This document shows, piece by piece, positions 60,837 to 64,000 of a DNA stretch of 64,000 nucleotides. Every line of letters begins with the position of its first letter. The stretch's first letter is position 1. The stretch lies in the NCBI RefSeq assembly GCF_009914755.1, contig NC_060934.1. One strand, written 5' to 3'. The notes under the pieces were generated by a model. It searched no databases, was not told where the DNA came from, and was given only the letters and a program-made list of their open reading frames with translations. The translations under genes were made by a program, and so were the position numbers. The DNA comes from the human T2T-CHM13v2.0 reference genome, Homo sapiens.

Positions 60837-62140
60837 TAACGATTATTTAACATATAAATTTAACATGTAATTTACAACTCATAACTAATGAGTGACTTAT
60901 TAAATATAGAAAAAACTCCTACAAATCAATAACAAAAATATGCATATATACACACAACCCGATAGGAAAAATGGGCTTGAGTAGGCACCTCAAACAAGAG
61001 CACGTCTACTAGGTCAGTGAAAATATCAATATGTGTTCATCTCATTAACCATCTCATTTTTAACCAGGTTAAAAAAATAAAACCACAGTGTGGTTTGACT
61101 GTATAGCTACCGGAATGGTCAAAATTAAAATGACAAATATGATATCATTTATCAAATGTTGGCAAAAGCATAAAGCAATTGTATCCCTTGTATGCTGTTG
61201 GTGGGATTGGAAATTCCGACAATCCCTTAGGCAAACCATCAGTATTCTCTGAAGATGAACATGTGCATTCTCTGTGACTAGGTGACTGTGACCTGGTTTT
61301 TCCTGAACAGTTTTGATTTAGGCATACTTTCTCAAAACGCTGTTCAGTTCAGTATTTGTCCTGGACTTCTTCATTTTTAAATAAAATTTTGTCATTAATG
61401 GTTGCATTAAAATAATCCAGGATAGGTTTGGTGGACTTTGAGTTGATTCTTCTAACTTTAACCATGATCTTGTTTAGTAGCATGGAACACACATGCAGTT
61501 TACATAGAGTTGGTACTTAACACATTGTTTTCTCTTAAAGGCAATCAGAGATAACATGTCTTTCTTTCCCTATCTCTCTGCTGATGCCGCATAACTAAAA
61601 TTTCTCTTTGATGAATAGCATGAAGAGTGCTCACTGACAAAAAAAGAAAAAAAAATTCTAGGGCACAGAAGTGTAGGAATAACTTTCTTCTTCCAGCCTT
61701 GAATTATAGTGAAAGAAGTTCTTGAAATGCTGCCCCTGCTGGCCATTTGATGTAACAACAGTCAACTGTGCCATAGCCCTTAGGTGTTAGCCTGAAAGAA
61801 ACTGGAAATCATTAAACTGCCAATTGGCATAGACAGTAGGAAAGCTGAGAAACTAGAGGTTAGATGTACTTGAAATATGAGCAGAAAGTAGAGGCTGAGC
61901 CATCCTGTTAAAGAATAAATGAAGAGTAGTCGAAATGATTTTGCTATGGTGACTTTGTTATGTATTACACTATGTAAATCTACAACTGTTCATTTATTTA
62001 TGTCATTATTTGGTAATACTTTTTTATTCCACAATAAATTCTCTTGGAAGCAATGAGCTCAAATGAGTGGAAATGCATATTTAATAAAAAATTAAGTACT
62101 ATATTTCAGTTTCTGAAGGAAGTTGACGACGAATGTATTA

Positions 62141-62740
62141 CAGTGGGTCCTGAAATAAGGCCATTTTGTTCATCATCATCGTAACATTGATGAGGAAACA
62201 AACTGGACTCCCAGCTGGGGCCATTGTCTGTGTAGAGTCTGCATGTTATCCCTATGTTTGTGTGGGTCTTCTCTAGATATTCTGATTTCCTCCCACATCC
62301 CAAAGAGGTGCACAATGGGGTCATTGGCTTGTCTATATGGTCCCAGTCCGAGTGAGTGTAGGTATTTGTTTGAGTCTGTCCTGAGACAGGTTGCCATCTT
62401 GCCCAGCAGTAGTTTCCACCTTGCATCCTGAGCTGCTGGGATAAGCTCGTACCACCTGTGACCCTAACCTGGAATACTGGAGTAAATAATCATCCTGCTT
62501 GGTTTTATTAATCTTTCTCAAATGTATGTATAGCTCACACTTATTTCAATGTTTAATATTAGCATTTTGGGGTCTTTGTTTAGAAGTTTGGTGATGTTTT
62601 TGTAACCAGAAATATGTCATAGGAACTTAACTCTTGTTCATATCAATTAGCCTATGGTCAAACTGGTTTCATTCCATGTTGTTTTGCTTAAAGTTGCTGT
62701 GTCCAAGAACTTATTGATGATGTTAAGTGATGATTTACTG
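62141..62740 (+). mobile_element. MER6A-like TcMar-Tigger non-autonomous DNA transposon
   Basis: TA|CAGTGGGTCC...GATTTACTG|TA termini; internal ttcctcccacatcccaaaga block. Confidence 0.85.
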
Positions 62741-62984
62741 TATTTTCACAACATATTTGTTGACTTCAACTATCCATCACAGGGCATAGTGGTATCACTG
62801 ATCACACAACAACCTGAAGAAACAAATGGTCTGAAGAACTATTCTGTATATTAATATATTGAAGTGGTAGCCATCTTAGGAAGGACAGACACAAAAAGTC
62901 ACAAAAGGGCAGTTTACATGGCACTCACAAAGCATGACTTTTCATGAAGATGAAATGTCCATTGCAAATTAGTTTTACTACCTT

Positions 62985-63256
62985 TGTCCTGGATGGAGTG
63001 CAGTGGCACTATCATGGTTCACTGCAGCCTCAACCTCCCCAACCTCCTTGGGCTCAGGTGATCCTCCCACCTCAGCCTCCCCAGTAGCTGAGACTACAGG
63101 CATGCGCTAATATTACCGACTAATTTTCCTATTTTTTGTAGGGACAGGGTCTCACGGTGTTGTCCAGGCTGCTCTCAAACTCCTGGTCTCAAGTCATCTG
63201 CCCACTTTAGCCCCCCCAAATGCTGAGATTACAGGCGTGAGCCACCGTACCTGGCC
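62985..63256 (-). mobile_element. Alu (AluJ-like)
   Basis: Antisense dimer lacking tail. Confidence 0.85.
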
Positions 63257-63699
63257 TTTACCCATTTTTAAACTTCAAATGTTCTTATGCAAGCACAAAA
63301 AGGGAAGTGATAGCTGTCAGGGAGTTGGCTTCATTAGCAGAACAGGAACTTTGCAAACAATTAAATGATGCTTGTTTTATAGCAATGTCATCAGTATCTC
63401 AAACAGAGAATGATTTTAATAATGGCTGAATTTTATCTCTAATTCACAGAATCAAAGTAAAGCTTTTAGAATTCATTCTATCAAAGGGAAATGATATGAT
63501 ATGATGATTAATGCTATTATAAATTCCTTCAAAATATTCAGCATCAAAGGTAGTATTTTCATAGTGATGACAGATACAAATTTTGATTGCATTGGGGTGA
63601 AAACAATATTCCTATTAAAAAGCCTATAGAGTAAAAATGTAGCTGGAATTGTTTGCAGTGTACACATGGTTTGTTAATGTGTCAAAAATGTGCTATTCT

Positions 63700-64000
63700 T
63701 TTATGCATGAAAGGAAACTATTGAGAGTGAAAAGACAAGCAACAGAATGGGTGAAAATATTTGTTAAGTCATACATCTGAAAAAGGATTAATATCCAGAA
63801 GATATAAATAACTCCTACAACTCAAGAACAACAACTAAATAACCCAATTCAAAAATGTGCAAAGGACTTGGGTAGGCATTTCTTCAAAGAAGATATCCAA
63901 ATGACCATTAAGCACATGAAATATCAGTAGTTATCAGGGAAATCTAAATAACAGCCACGGTGAAGTGCCATTTAACACTCATTAGTATGGCTTTTTTTTA
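63700..64000 (+). mobile_element. L1M ORF2 3' fragment
   Basis: gtgaaaagacaagcaacagaatgggtgaaaatatttg...aaggacttg...aaagaagatatccaaatg. Confidence 0.8.

Noticed and set aside
61728-61747. CTCF-like TGGCCAGCAGGGGCAG
   Set aside because: One G short in the core spacing; not convincing without data.

Overview
Primate (almost certainly human) genomic DNA, repeat-rich, with one CpG island (~12.5-13.75 kb). The island holds the promoter and first coding exon of FAM171A1 on the minus strand. ATG is at 13278, the exon encodes the signal-peptide-like MSRSATLLLCLLGCHVWKAVTKTLREPGAGAQ, and the 5' splice site is at 13182|13181. Bases 1-13181 are intron 1. Bases ~13.8-64 kb are upstream DNA with about 40 more Alus (48 in the window), a near full-length decayed L1MA-type element, ERVL/MaLR/ERV1 LTRs and DNA-transposon fossils (MER107, MER75, MER6A). 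No other protein-coding exon, RNA gene or CRISPR array is supportable; most listed ORFs are Alu, L1 or GC-content artefacts. I do not see a convincing new gene system. Two things stand out. (i) The exon-1 regulatory architecture: mutually complementary (CCG)8/(CGG)8 tracts bracket the start codon and a weak 5' splice site, and a strong-Kozak uORF has a stop overlapping an in-frame GTG. (ii) A series of fossil templated-insertion and fold-back repair scars, the most elaborate at 60023-60149. Repeat family names are recognised from memory, not from a database search; repeat boundaries are approximate (±10-30 bp) unless TSDs are quoted.
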